Shown piece after piece: positions 8,275 to 17,600 of a stretch of DNA of 32,000 nt. This DNA is from Candidatus Paracaedimonas acanthamoebae. GTDB lineage: Bacteria; Pseudomonadota; Alphaproteobacteria; Caedimonadales; Caedimonadaceae. Under the pieces are notes generated by a model, which was not told the origin of the DNA, ran no database searches, and saw only the letters and a program-made list of their open reading frames with translations. Both the position numbers and the translations under genes were made by a program. Numbering within the stretch: position 1 is the stretch's first letter; every line of letters starts with the position of its first letter. The stretch lies in NCBI GenBank assembly GCA_000743035.1, contig CP008937.1, forward strand, positions 1 through 32,000, in the 5' to 3' direction.

Positions 8275-10697
8275 AATCTATTTACCGATCAATTCTCCTA
8301 TATTGCTGTGTTTCATTTTGTGGGCAATCAAATCCTTCTGAAGAAATGGGGGCTATTTTAATGGAGGACACCCCTCTTCAGGAAAGTGAATCCTTCATAA
8401 AAGCTCACCTATTTGAAGGTCAAAAGAAAAAGGATAACCCAAAGGAAATAACTTTAATTGGGCAGGCTCGGGCGATCTCCATCCCCTCAAAAAGAGACGA
8501 TAAGATTGTTCAAGTCGTTTGGACAGGTGTTAAAAGCAAAGATAAAAAAAGAGCCTCATTTAAAGAGCCTTTAATTTCAACATTCAAAAGTAAAAAGGAA
8601 ATCCTTCCTAAAGGCTTAAAGATTTCTCTTTATGGAGATAAGGCTTTCCTCTCAGATGCCATTGAGCGCCTTGAAAAAGGGGAAGACGAGCAAGGAAGTG
8701 ATGAGCTCAAAGCAGAGAATCCATTATCAAATGAACGGCGTTTAGAGGACATCGAAGGTAAGATTAAAAAACATCACTTATCAAGAGATCTCTCTGATTT
8801 AGACACGTCTGTTGAAGACAGGAGTTCTCATGATAATGCGTCAATGACGTTTTTATCAGAAAGTTATCGAGGAAATTCTTCTTCATCTGAGGAGGGAAAA
8901 AGTGCTGCTTCAATGATTCGTCAACCTTCAACTCCTCAAAATCAACTATCTGGGAGAAGGACAGGGAATTCTTTAAGAGGTAATGGTAGAGATGCATCAT
9001 ATAAAAAAAATGAGCCTTCTGCTTCTCCTGTAACTTCATCATCTCAAACATTATTTCCCGTGACACCATCAAGTCCGCAAGAATCAGGAATTCAACAAAT
9101 GCAAAAAAAGCCTCTGATAGGAGAGAAAACTTTTCCCATTTCTTCTAAGAGTTCTTCAGAAACACCCCCATCTTTATCTCATCATCCCCATAAAGATTTT
9201 GTTGAGCGCCCCAATAAAGAATTTAACCCCTTAAAAATTAACCAAAAAGATGCTTTAGGGGGAGATCAGTTTAAAATGCCTCTTATTGAGGTGGAAGTCA
9301 CAAAAGAAGGGTGTCCCCCACGGATAGATCTAGAAAGAGGTAAGGTCATTATACAAACTCGCTCCATTGCTAGAACAAATGGAGTCGTTACGGATGAAAC
9401 ACACTGTGCTGATTCTCATCTCATTTTTGATATTAAAAAAGATTACGGTTGTTGTTCTGACATTATTGATCAGCAAGCTGGTGTTGCTTATACAACTTTT
9501 AAACGGTATTGGCTCGATGATGCTAACAATAAAATATATCTTGATGAACACTGTATTAAAGATGAGTCACAACCTCACCCCTTTATAGAAGAGAGAGGCT
9601 TATGTCCTCATGACATAGATCTTCAATTACGCCTTGCGTATCCTCAAGCAGAAACAGTCTATTATGATAGGAGCAATGCTAGAAAGCTTGTTAATGCATG
9701 CCACCCGACAAATCATCACCCCTTATCGATTATTCTTACAGAGCAAGGGTGCTCACTCAAACATCTCTATGAGCAGAATAAATCTATTATTCAAAAAAGA
9801 GATATATTTATTGAAAATGGAATTACCCATGAAGTCACTCCCTGTCATGAGACAGAAGAAACAATCGCTCATCAGTTTGTTAAAGCTGGATGCAAACCAG
9901 TCATTAATGGTTCAACCGTCATTCCTATGGCTAGGCGTCAGATTAATTATAAAGATAAGACAAAGATTATTTCACAGCAGTGTGAACCCCAAGATCTTAC
10001 AAATTTAATCTTCACTAAAGAGGGGTGTGAAGGTCAGTATGAACATGATTTTGAATCAGGCCGTTCTTATCCTCTGATGAGGGCTTATTATCAATGGAAT
10101 GGCAAGAACAGATTTATTGATAAATCTTGCAGACGCTCTAATGAACCTCTCCCCCACTTCTTATCAATTATTGGATATGAGCATTTGGACCAAGAGCTTA
10201 AATCGAAGCCTCGATATCAAATATCTATTAAAGGCAGTAAAACATTATTAATTATTAAAGAATTTACAGAAAATGATGAAAATAGGTGGTTACCTTACAT
10301 CTTATCGGATGAAATCAATAGACCGTCTCTTACTCAATCACCTTCCATGGATGGAAACACTTTAATTAGTCCGCAAGATAAAGTTCAACTATGGACACGC
10401 CCTGATGGAACTATTTATGAAAAGGTGGCTGGGTTATCCAAACCTATTATACAACAACTTACTAAACCATCGAGCCCCTCTCAAACGACAGTTATCAAAA
10501 ATTCAAATACGCTTATCCAAAACAAGCCCCAAAGTACAGTTGTTCAAGTAACTCATGAATATGCGAACATTCCATACCAAGTAAAGATGGGAGATAGGAT
10601 TAAGAAAATGACTTATCATTATCCTGGCATAAGAGATGTCACTCATTACTCAGATGGCAGGAAAGTATATGGACCATGGCGAAAAAATGATAAGTGA
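8271..10697 (+). CDS. T4SS-embedded secreted protein (808 aa): signal peptide, disordered S/P/K-rich half, then six tandem Cys-pair modules
   Basis: ATGA overlap with the virB10 stop. N-terminal hydrophobic signal MKSIYRSILLYCCVSFCG. Residues about 100-335 are low complexity. Residues about 340-625 contain 13 Cys in a periodic G-C-x(30-34)-C pattern. I recognise no family. Confidence 0.8.
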   Translation: MKSIYRSILLYCCVSFCGQSNPSEEMGAILMEDTPLQESESFIKAHLFEGQKKKDNPKEITLIGQARAISIPSKRDDKIVQVVWTGVKSKDKKRASFKEPLISTFKSKKEILPKGLKISLYGDKAFLSDAIERLEKGEDEQGSDELKAENPLSNERRLEDIEGKIKKHHLSRDLSDLDTSVEDRSSHDNASMTFLSESYRGNSSSSEEGKSAASMIRQPSTPQNQLSGRRTGNSLRGNGRDASYKKNEPSASPVTSSSQTLFPVTPSSPQESGIQQMQKKPLIGEKTFPISSKSSSETPPSLSHHPHKDFVERPNKEFNPLKINQKDALGGDQFKMPLIEVEVTKEGCPPRIDLERGKVIIQTRSIARTNGVVTDETHCADSHLIFDIKKDYGCCSDIIDQQAGVAYTTFKRYWLDDANNKIYLDEHCIKDESQPHPFIEERGLCPHDIDLQLRLAYPQAETVYYDRSNARKLVNACHPTNHHPLSIILTEQGCSLKHLYEQNKSIIQKRDIFIENGITHEVTPCHETEETIAHQFVKAGCKPVINGSTVIPMARRQINYKDKTKIISQQCEPQDLTNLIFTKEGCEGQYEHDFESGRSYPLMRAYYQWNGKNRFIDKSCRRSNEPLPHFLSIIGYEHLDQELKSKPRYQISIKGSKTLLIIKEFTENDENRWLPYILSDEINRPSLTQSPSMDGNTLISPQDKVQLWTRPDGTIYEKVAGLSKPIIQQLTKPSSPSQTTVIKNSNTLIQNKPQSTVVQVTHEYANIPYQVKMGDRIKKMTYHYPGIRDVTHYSDGRKVYGPWRKNDK

Positions 10698-11625
10698 TAT
10701 GGGATTATCCTCACCTTCATTAACGGCATGGCTTGCCGAATTAAATCCATATTTGCAAGAAGAAGATTTAATAGAATGCTCTGTGATCAAAGCAGGAGAA
10801 TTGAATTTAGAGATTTCAGGGAAAGGGTATAAGAAAATCTCAACCCCTAAGCTTGATTTAAAGTATTGGGAAACCCTCTGTCATGTTTTAGCCAATCACT
10901 GGGGGTTAGCCTTTGATCCCATTATTCAACCCCGGTTATCTGTTATGCTTCCAGGCGGCCACCGATTTGAAGCAATGCTGGGATCGAACGTTGAGTCTAA
11001 GCTTTCAATCTCTATTCGGATGCGGCGTTATTTAAAGCTTTCCTTTGAAGATTATGGCCTTAATCTTGAACATGAACAGATGATCATATCTCTCATAAAA
11101 GAAGGTGCAAATATTCTTATATCAGGCGGAACGAGTTCAGGGAAAACGACATTTATGAACTGTCTTTTGTCATCCATTCCCCAAGATAAACGAATTCTTG
11201 TGCTTGAGGATACGAGAGAACTCACTATTCCTCATGAAAACCATGTGCACTATGTGGTTAGCCGTAATGAAAAGAACCCAACATTAGACTATCCTCAAAT
11301 GATTGATCATTTAATGAGAAGCCGGCCTGACATCATCTTAATGGGAGAGCTTTCAATGGCAAATTCTTATCCCATTTTAAGGCTTTTGAACTCAGGTCAT
11401 GCAGGCTTTATGTGTACCCTTCATGCCAATAGCTGTGAATCAGCTCTTTCGTGGGCCATTCCGCAAAACATTGCGTTCTCAGGGCATGAGCCAAAGGGTG
11501 TCAAAGAGTTCCTGTATGAAGCTGTTGATTTGGTCATTCAGCTACATCGCAGCGACAAAGGACAGCGCTATGTAGGGGAGATGATGTTCCCGAAAACACA
11601 AGAGCTTATCAGGATTCAGCCATGA
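10687..11625 (+). CDS. virB11: VirB11-family T4SS traffic ATPase (about 312 aa)
   Basis: Walker A GGTSSGKTT, Asp box LVLEDTREL, His box GHAGFMCTLHAN. The start is ambiguous between 10687 and 10699; the ORF-track start at 10636 lies inside the upstream gene. Confidence 0.95.
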   Translation: MISDMGLSSPSLTAWLAELNPYLQEEDLIECSVIKAGELNLEISGKGYKKISTPKLDLKYWETLCHVLANHWGLAFDPIIQPRLSVMLPGGHRFEAMLGSNVESKLSISIRMRRYLKLSFEDYGLNLEHEQMIISLIKEGANILISGGTSSGKTTFMNCLLSSIPQDKRILVLEDTRELTIPHENHVHYVVSRNEKNPTLDYPQMIDHLMRSRPDIILMGELSMANSYPILRLLNSGHAGFMCTLHANSCESALSWAIPQNIAFSGHEPKGVKEFLYEAVDLVIQLHRSDKGQRYVGEMMFPKTQELIRIQP

Positions 11626-12116
11626 GATATCCCTTTGTTATAACCATGATTGTTTTCTTGACTTTTATGGCCCCAGCCAAAGCCAATCTTTGTTTAAAAG
11701 CCATTGATCTTCTCTCAGATCAAATCAATGTGCCAAAAAAGCTTCTCCTGCAAATTGCTAAAGTTGAAAGTGGCTTTGGTCCTCATAGAGCCCCGTGGCC
11801 ATGGTCAATTCACATTCAAGGCAAAAGTTATTACTTTAAGACGGAGAAAGTCGCTTCAATTTATATCAAGGAGCTTCTGGCTTTGGGGATTGAGAACTTT
11901 GATGTGGGGTGTCACCAGATCAATTATTTCTGGCACAAAGATAAAGTAAATTCGGCTCAAGAGCTGTTAAATCCTTTAAAAAATACCTCAATTGCTGCCC
12001 AGTTTCTTGTCTCCCTTAGAGCTCAGCATCACAGCTGGTTTAAGGCTGTTGCTCATTATCATTCATCCAACCCCCAAAAAGGACTTACTTATGCAAAATT
12101 GGTTTTTCAATCTTAA
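11622..12116 (+). CDS. VirB1-like lytic transglycosylase (SLT domain, 164 aa)
   Basis: ATGA overlap with the virB11 stop. Signal peptide (FLTFMAPAKA) and a catalytic-Glu motif LLLQIAKVESGF, followed by GCHQINYFWH and AVAHYHSSNP. Confidence 0.8.
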   Translation: MRYPFVITMIVFLTFMAPAKANLCLKAIDLLSDQINVPKKLLLQIAKVESGFGPHRAPWPWSIHIQGKSYYFKTEKVASIYIKELLALGIENFDVGCHQINYFWHKDKVNSAQELLNPLKNTSIAAQFLVSLRAQHHSWFKAVAHYHSSNPQKGLTYAKLVFQS

Positions 12117-13974
12117 AAAGATTTTAAGTCAATCCTGGACACTTTTGTGTGTGCCCATTGTCATTTACGCGCGCCCTTGGCTTGAGATGGTCTTTGGCTT
12201 TTATAGCGCTTACGCCTTTTTATGCTTCTTGCCAGGGTTTGTTTCGTTAATTGCTTTTGGCCTTTATCGGATAGAAAGAGGCTCTTTCGCTCCTGTTATT
12301 TTAGGCCTTTTATGTTCTCTGTGGTTTGGGTCTCTATTTACTTATTCTGTGGCCCTGCAAATGATTGTGCCAATCTTGCCAAAGAATATTCTTGAGGTGT
12401 TTTATTTTCTTGAAAAGGTTGAAGTGACATGGCCTTTAATTGCCTCAAGCTCTCTTTTAATTTCTCTTTTTATTGTGACCCATTTAATCAAATATGGCCT
12501 CACCCAGCAAAAAAAAGTCAAACAAGAAAACAGCCATGGATCAGCTCGATTTGCCACATCCCAAGAAATTAAAGCTCTTCATCATGAAAAAGGCATCCCA
12601 GTGGGTTGTCTCATTAAGGGAGAACTATCAACAGATGTTAATGTTCTAAAAAAAGAGGTTCAAACAAGAGGATCTCAAGAAATTATTAGAATGAATCCTC
12701 ATCATATGGTGCTCATTGCTCCAAGTGGAGCTGGCAAAGGAGTTGGCATCATTATCCCAACCCTGCTTGATTATGATGGCCCTGTGCTCGTGACTGATGT
12801 GAAGGCTGCTGAGAACTTTCATGTGACAGCTCGCAGACGAAAAGAGCTTGGCAGAGAAGTTTATGCCCTTGATCCTTTTAAGAAGACAACCCACGAATCA
12901 GGCTCCATTAATATTCTTGATTTTTTAGATCCTGAATCAGAAGAAGTCGTTGATGATGCTGCCATGATTGCCTCCCTCCTTGTTCCTATCCCTACCAACA
13001 TCAATGGAAACTCTAAACATTTCTATGATAGGGCACGATCAATTATTCAAGCCATGATTTTATATGTTGTTTGCTCAGAAGAATTTAGTGTAGAGGAAAA
13101 AACACTTTTTCAAGTTTATAAACTTCTCTGTCAAACAGGAGAAGACTTTAAAGATATGCTTAACTATATCTCTGCACAAGAAGACCTTGCCTATGGTCAA
13201 CCTGCAAGAGTCGCCGCAGCTCTTTTAACAACAGCTCCGGAAGAGATTTCAGGAAGTCTCAATACAGTCAGAAATGAGCTCGGAATCTTTGATAGTCCTT
13301 TAATCCAAAAAGTGACATCAAAATCAACCATTGATCTTAATAAGCTTATCCAAAATAAAGCTGATCTTTTTCTCTGTATTCCTTTAGAAAAGTTAAAATC
13401 ATATAGCAAGCTTATGCGCCTCATCGTTTCAATGGCTTTTTCTATGGCTCAAAAAAATGAACAAAGGGGTCCAATCCCTCTTTTGATGGTTCTTGATGAG
13501 ATGTCATTATTGGGGGCTATTCCCGCAGTTGATGAAGCTTTAGTTGCAGGGAGAGGTTATGGGGTTAAAATTTTAGCTGTGGCACAAAATATAGAACTTA
13601 TTCAGAAGATCTCCCCAGAAGCATGGGAGACCTTCATGGAGAGTAATCTTTTAGCTTTTATTGGGCCCTCAGGTCTTAAAAGTTCAGAATATGTTTCTAA
13701 AATGCTCGGCACCTCTACCATTGAAACGGTCTCTAAAAGTAAAGGTGAGAATCAACAAAAAGGAAGTAAATCTTTTGCTATGTCAGAAAACCAAGGAGAG
13801 TCTCAATCTTATCAAGGACGCCCTATCTTAACAGCTGACGAAGTTCGCTATCTGGGGGAAGATATGGTGCTCGTTTTTTACAAAGGCATACGTCCTATGA
13901 TTCTTAAAAAGATTATTTATCATCGTCATATAGCTTGGAAGAACAAGTATGACCCTAATCCTTTAGAGGAGTAA
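12091..13974 (+). CDS. virD4: VirD4/TraG-family type IV coupling protein (627 aa)
   Basis: Start at 12091 (AAGGA 8 nt upstream). N-terminal TM segments, Walker A APSGAGKGVG, Walker B-like LLMVLDEMSLLG. It is the last gene of the operon. Confidence 0.95.
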   Translation: MQNWFFNLKKILSQSWTLLCVPIVIYARPWLEMVFGFYSAYAFLCFLPGFVSLIAFGLYRIERGSFAPVILGLLCSLWFGSLFTYSVALQMIVPILPKNILEVFYFLEKVEVTWPLIASSSLLISLFIVTHLIKYGLTQQKKVKQENSHGSARFATSQEIKALHHEKGIPVGCLIKGELSTDVNVLKKEVQTRGSQEIIRMNPHHMVLIAPSGAGKGVGIIIPTLLDYDGPVLVTDVKAAENFHVTARRRKELGREVYALDPFKKTTHESGSINILDFLDPESEEVVDDAAMIASLLVPIPTNINGNSKHFYDRARSIIQAMILYVVCSEEFSVEEKTLFQVYKLLCQTGEDFKDMLNYISAQEDLAYGQPARVAAALLTTAPEEISGSLNTVRNELGIFDSPLIQKVTSKSTIDLNKLIQNKADLFLCIPLEKLKSYSKLMRLIVSMAFSMAQKNEQRGPIPLLMVLDEMSLLGAIPAVDEALVAGRGYGVKILAVAQNIELIQKISPEAWETFMESNLLAFIGPSGLKSSEYVSKMLGTSTIETVSKSKGENQQKGSKSFAMSENQGESQSYQGRPILTADEVRYLGEDMVLVFYKGIRPMILKKIIYHRHIAWKNKYDPNPLEE

Positions 13975-13999
13975 AAAAATTTAGTCCCACTGCAAAAAT

Positions 14000-14263
14000 T
14001 CAGTCTTTATCCACGTTTAACCAAGCATATAAATTCTGAGCAACATATTGCTCAATGAGTCCTCTTAATTCTTCAGGAAACAATGGAGATATTTTCTTTA
14101 GTAGATTCAGAGGAGGTTCTTCGTATGTAGTACTTAAATATTCTAATGACTCTGGAAAATTATGAGAAAGTCTTTCCATGTCATAAATATCAATATTATC
14201 AAAAATTTCCTCAAGTTGAGGTCTGACTTTATCCCATGCGTTCTCAATTTTATTAATATCCAT
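14000..14263 (-). CDS. hypothetical small acidic protein (87 aa)
   Basis: GGAG 9 nt upstream of the ATG on the - strand. Convergent with virD4 across a 25-bp gap. I recognise no motif. Confidence 0.5.
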   Translation of the reverse strand: MDINKIENAWDKVRPQLEEIFDNIDIYDMERLSHNFPESLEYLSTTYEEPPLNLLKKISPLFPEELRGLIEQYVAQNLYAWLNVDKD

Positions 14264-14695
14264 ATATGTAACTCCATGTATTCATGAACATTAATAAAAA
14301 AAGAACACCTTTTAGGCCAGGTGAACATTAAAATTATTTTAAATTGTCGTGTACTTAATTTTTATTGTAAGTTTTATTGAATCAGCAGATCAATTTTATC
14401 TAAATTTTTGACCTTTACTAAAATCAAACCATAATCTTTATGGTAAAAATTTAAAGTTAAATGCTTGCTTCAATGTAAGGAAGTTTTTCCCTTTTGATAT
14501 GATTTGACTGCTGTCTAATATCGTACAATTTATTAGAAATACTTTATAGTAAAGGATAGAAGTTGATGCAAATCATTAAAACTGTAAAACAACTTGCCAA
14601 AATATATGCTATTTTTAAAGCAATACAGAATTATAGGAAATACCTTCCTATCATCATTTCTTTTGGAAAAAGGCTTTATAAAAAAGCAGCTTAAT

Positions 14696-17600
14696 TTAGC
14701 GACTAAATTTAAAAGAAGAGCTTTGCTTGATACTTTGCTCCATCTCTTGTTTATGAATTTGAGCGTGATGCTTAATAGCTTTTTCAAGGCCTAATTCTTG
14801 AGCTTTCATTTTAAGGGAGGGGTCTTGATATACAGCATGAGCATGAAGTCGAGCTTGTTTTAATAGAGCTTTTACTTCTTCTTTTTCTTGCCCTTTGGCA
14901 ACAACGATAGAAGGTAAATTCTTAAGCTTTAACTCGCACTTAAGATACAGATCTAGAGCATTTTCTTCCTGGATTTTTTTAGAATGTAAATCCCAAGCAA
15001 TATCATAATGATATATTTCAGCTTTCTTTTGTATCTCCGCCTCAAGCCCTAAATTGCAAGCTTGTTGCTTAAGATCTTTGTCCTTCCAGATGATATGAGC
15101 ATGGTAGAGAGATTCCTTATTCAACTTCTTTATATGTAATTTTTCTTCACTTTGAGCTTTCATAATGGAAGGTAGGGTTTTTAGTTTTTCTTTACAACTC
15201 AAGTAAAGTTCTAACGCATTAGGGCCATACTTTTCGCTTTCTTCTTGAGAAAAGGCTCCTTGAGTTATTTCTTTTTGGGCATTTGCTGACTTTCCCAATT
15301 GAGGAGAAATAACTTCTGTTTTAGAGGAGTGGAGAGAAGTGTGTTGTGGAAATAGGGTTTCCTTTTGGGGAAGTCTCTTTTTAAATGAAGCAATATCCTT
15401 GAGCACCTCTTGAACAGCAGCAATCCCTTCTTCTTGAAGAATATCATTAAAATCCCGTCCCTTTTCTCCTTGCGGTCTAGTAATGGAGGCTTTGAACCCC
15501 TCCTCTTGAAGTTTCTTTAGATTTTGCTCGGATGATTTCCAAGCCGAAGAGCCTATCTCATCCGCATCACAGCATAAGATGACAGGCTGATCCTTGTCTT
15601 TAATATGGCTCCCTACATTGCGCATGTTGGAAAGGCCTAAAGTTACAAGAATTCTCCCTTGAATGCCAGCTTCTTTTAAAGAGAGGGCTGTCTCAATTCC
15701 TTCTGCGATATAAGTGGGGCCATCCTCTGCTTGGATTTCCACAGCCGTGCCTTTAATTGTCCCTAAAGAGCGCTTCTTCACATCAATATCGGCTTTATTG
15801 GCTGTATTAGGGTCTAAGCATGTCACTTGAGCTGCGGTCAGCTTTCCTTCAGCATCCCTTGCAAAAGCTGCTAAGGCTGGATATATTTTATGGGACTCAT
15901 AATCCTTAAAGCCTAGAATAAACCTTAAATCAGAAGGTAATCCTGCTGTATTAATCTTTCGATGTTCTTTTAAGTACTGCTCAGCAAGCGTTCCTTGAAT
16001 GGGATGGGATGCTTTATAAAGCTTGTTGGTCTTTTCCTGAGATTTTTCTATTTTTAATTGTTCCTCTCGTTCGGTTTGAAGTTTAAGTTCATTCTGTCTT
16101 TGTGCTCCCTCTTCCCAATTGAGGGATGTTAATTGAGGCGCATTAAGCTCTGTTCCTAAATACTTGATGGCTTCGCCGTAACGGATTCCTTGGGATTTGC
16201 TGATATACTTAAAGATGTCTCCCCCTTCACCTGCAGCAAAGTTATACCAAGCTCCAGTCTGACGATTAACCCAAAATTCTTTATATTGACCATAACGGAT
16301 TTCATGAGACTTAATATAGCACTTAGGGTTTGCAACCCATCCTTCAATATGACGCGCAAAGATGCCTTCAATATGAGAAGATGTAAGGCAAGCGAGGACT
16401 TGTTCTCTATCATAAGTATTCACAACCTTTTTCTGGTTGAGATCTATCTCTAAAGAACTCTTCTTCCTCTCAAGTTTAACTTTGTTATTATGGGGGGTGC
16501 CATCAGGGAAATGATCAAGTTTGGAAGTATCGGCGTTAAGAATGGTCCACTGATCCTGAACTTGCTTTTTCTCTCTAAAGGTTGTGAGATCGTGGTATGC
16601 TTGCTCAAGCTCTTGAAGAGTATGAATTGAGAGTTCTTTGCCGTCCTGATGGGCCTTATACCAGCCTTGCTCAAATTTCAATCTCTGGAAGTCAAGGTTT
16701 TCTTGTCTCAAAAGACTATAAAGAGCTTTATCAGCGCTTCCTTGCTCATTAAGTGTATAAGACACAAGATGATCAGCCAGCTTTGTTTTTTCTTCAATAT
16801 TCTTAGATAATTGATAAGCCTCAATTATTGTCCTGCCCTCTCCTAAAACAGCATGCTTTAAGAAGGTTTCTTCTTTAAGACCAAGTTTGCCTACAAAGGG
16901 CTGAATAATGCTATAATGAAAGACAATTTCATAGGCAAGTCTGTCTCTTTTTTGGATTATTTCTTGGATTGATTTTTTATGATTAAAGGAGGCAACTGCC
17001 TTGTAGTGAAGGGAGCGGTATTCTTGAACTTTTTTATAGGCAGCGCGCTCGTTAAAGGTTAACTGATGTTCGTAAGCTTGAGTCTTTCTATGCTCAATAT
17101 ATTGCTCAGCCTGAGACATAACAGCTTTAAATCCTTGAGGCCGCTTCTCATAAAGAGTGCCGCTATAAGTGACATAGGATTTTCCTTGCTCCTTAACTCT
17201 AAAGAAAGGTTTATAAAGGCCTGGAAAGCTTGCTATCTCATAAGCCAGTTCATTCCTGATTTCTTTTATTTTAGCATAATCTTTATATTCAGGATGATTA
17301 TGGGAGAGGGAGCCTGGATGGCTTTGAGAGATGCCTTTCCATAAGCGTCTTGCTTGATCTGCTTTTTTAAAATATTCCTCAACCTTCTCAAGAGCCGCTT
17401 CTTCTGCCATACTTAAAAGTCTTGGCCGTAACCCTGCTTGAACTTCTAAAGTCTCTCGTCTCACACCTGTTTGGTGCATAAACGTAGAGCATTGGCTCCA
17501 ATTTTGAAGAATCTCTGAAGCATCTTTATTCCTTGTCTGAACTAAATCGTTATAGTGGCCCCATTCTTTGTTTAGAGAGATTTTTTTGGCCGATTGCTCG

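Noticed and set aside
9367-10008. + strand alternative-frame ORFs (9367-9588 and 9634-10008) inside the 808-aa gene, plus 11704-11949 inside the virB1-like gene, 5320-5544, 22807-22998, 27588-27776 and 29221-29424.
   Set aside because: They overlap convincing genes in another frame. Their products are hydrophobic or Leu/Ile-rich translations expected from off-frame reading of T-rich codons. There is no independent support.
8271-10697. Calling the 808-aa protein a TraN, CagY or VirB10-repeat homologue.
   Set aside because: Only the general property (Cys-rich, repeat-containing, T4SS-associated) is shared. I cannot see sequence-level similarity, and a separate bona fide VirB10 is present. It is kept as an unassigned family.
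14264-14695. 430-bp very AT-rich intergenic region between traA and the 87-aa gene, considered as an oriV/iteron region or as coding (ORFs 14533-14787 and 14594-14794).
   Set aside because: I found only weak imperfect repeats (CTTTATGGTAAA / CTTTATAGTAAA) and one 7-bp hairpin (14633-14651), with no convincing iteron array or DnaA-box pattern. The small ORFs overlap the traA 3' end and look like AT-rich noise. It most likely holds the promoter of the 87-aa gene.
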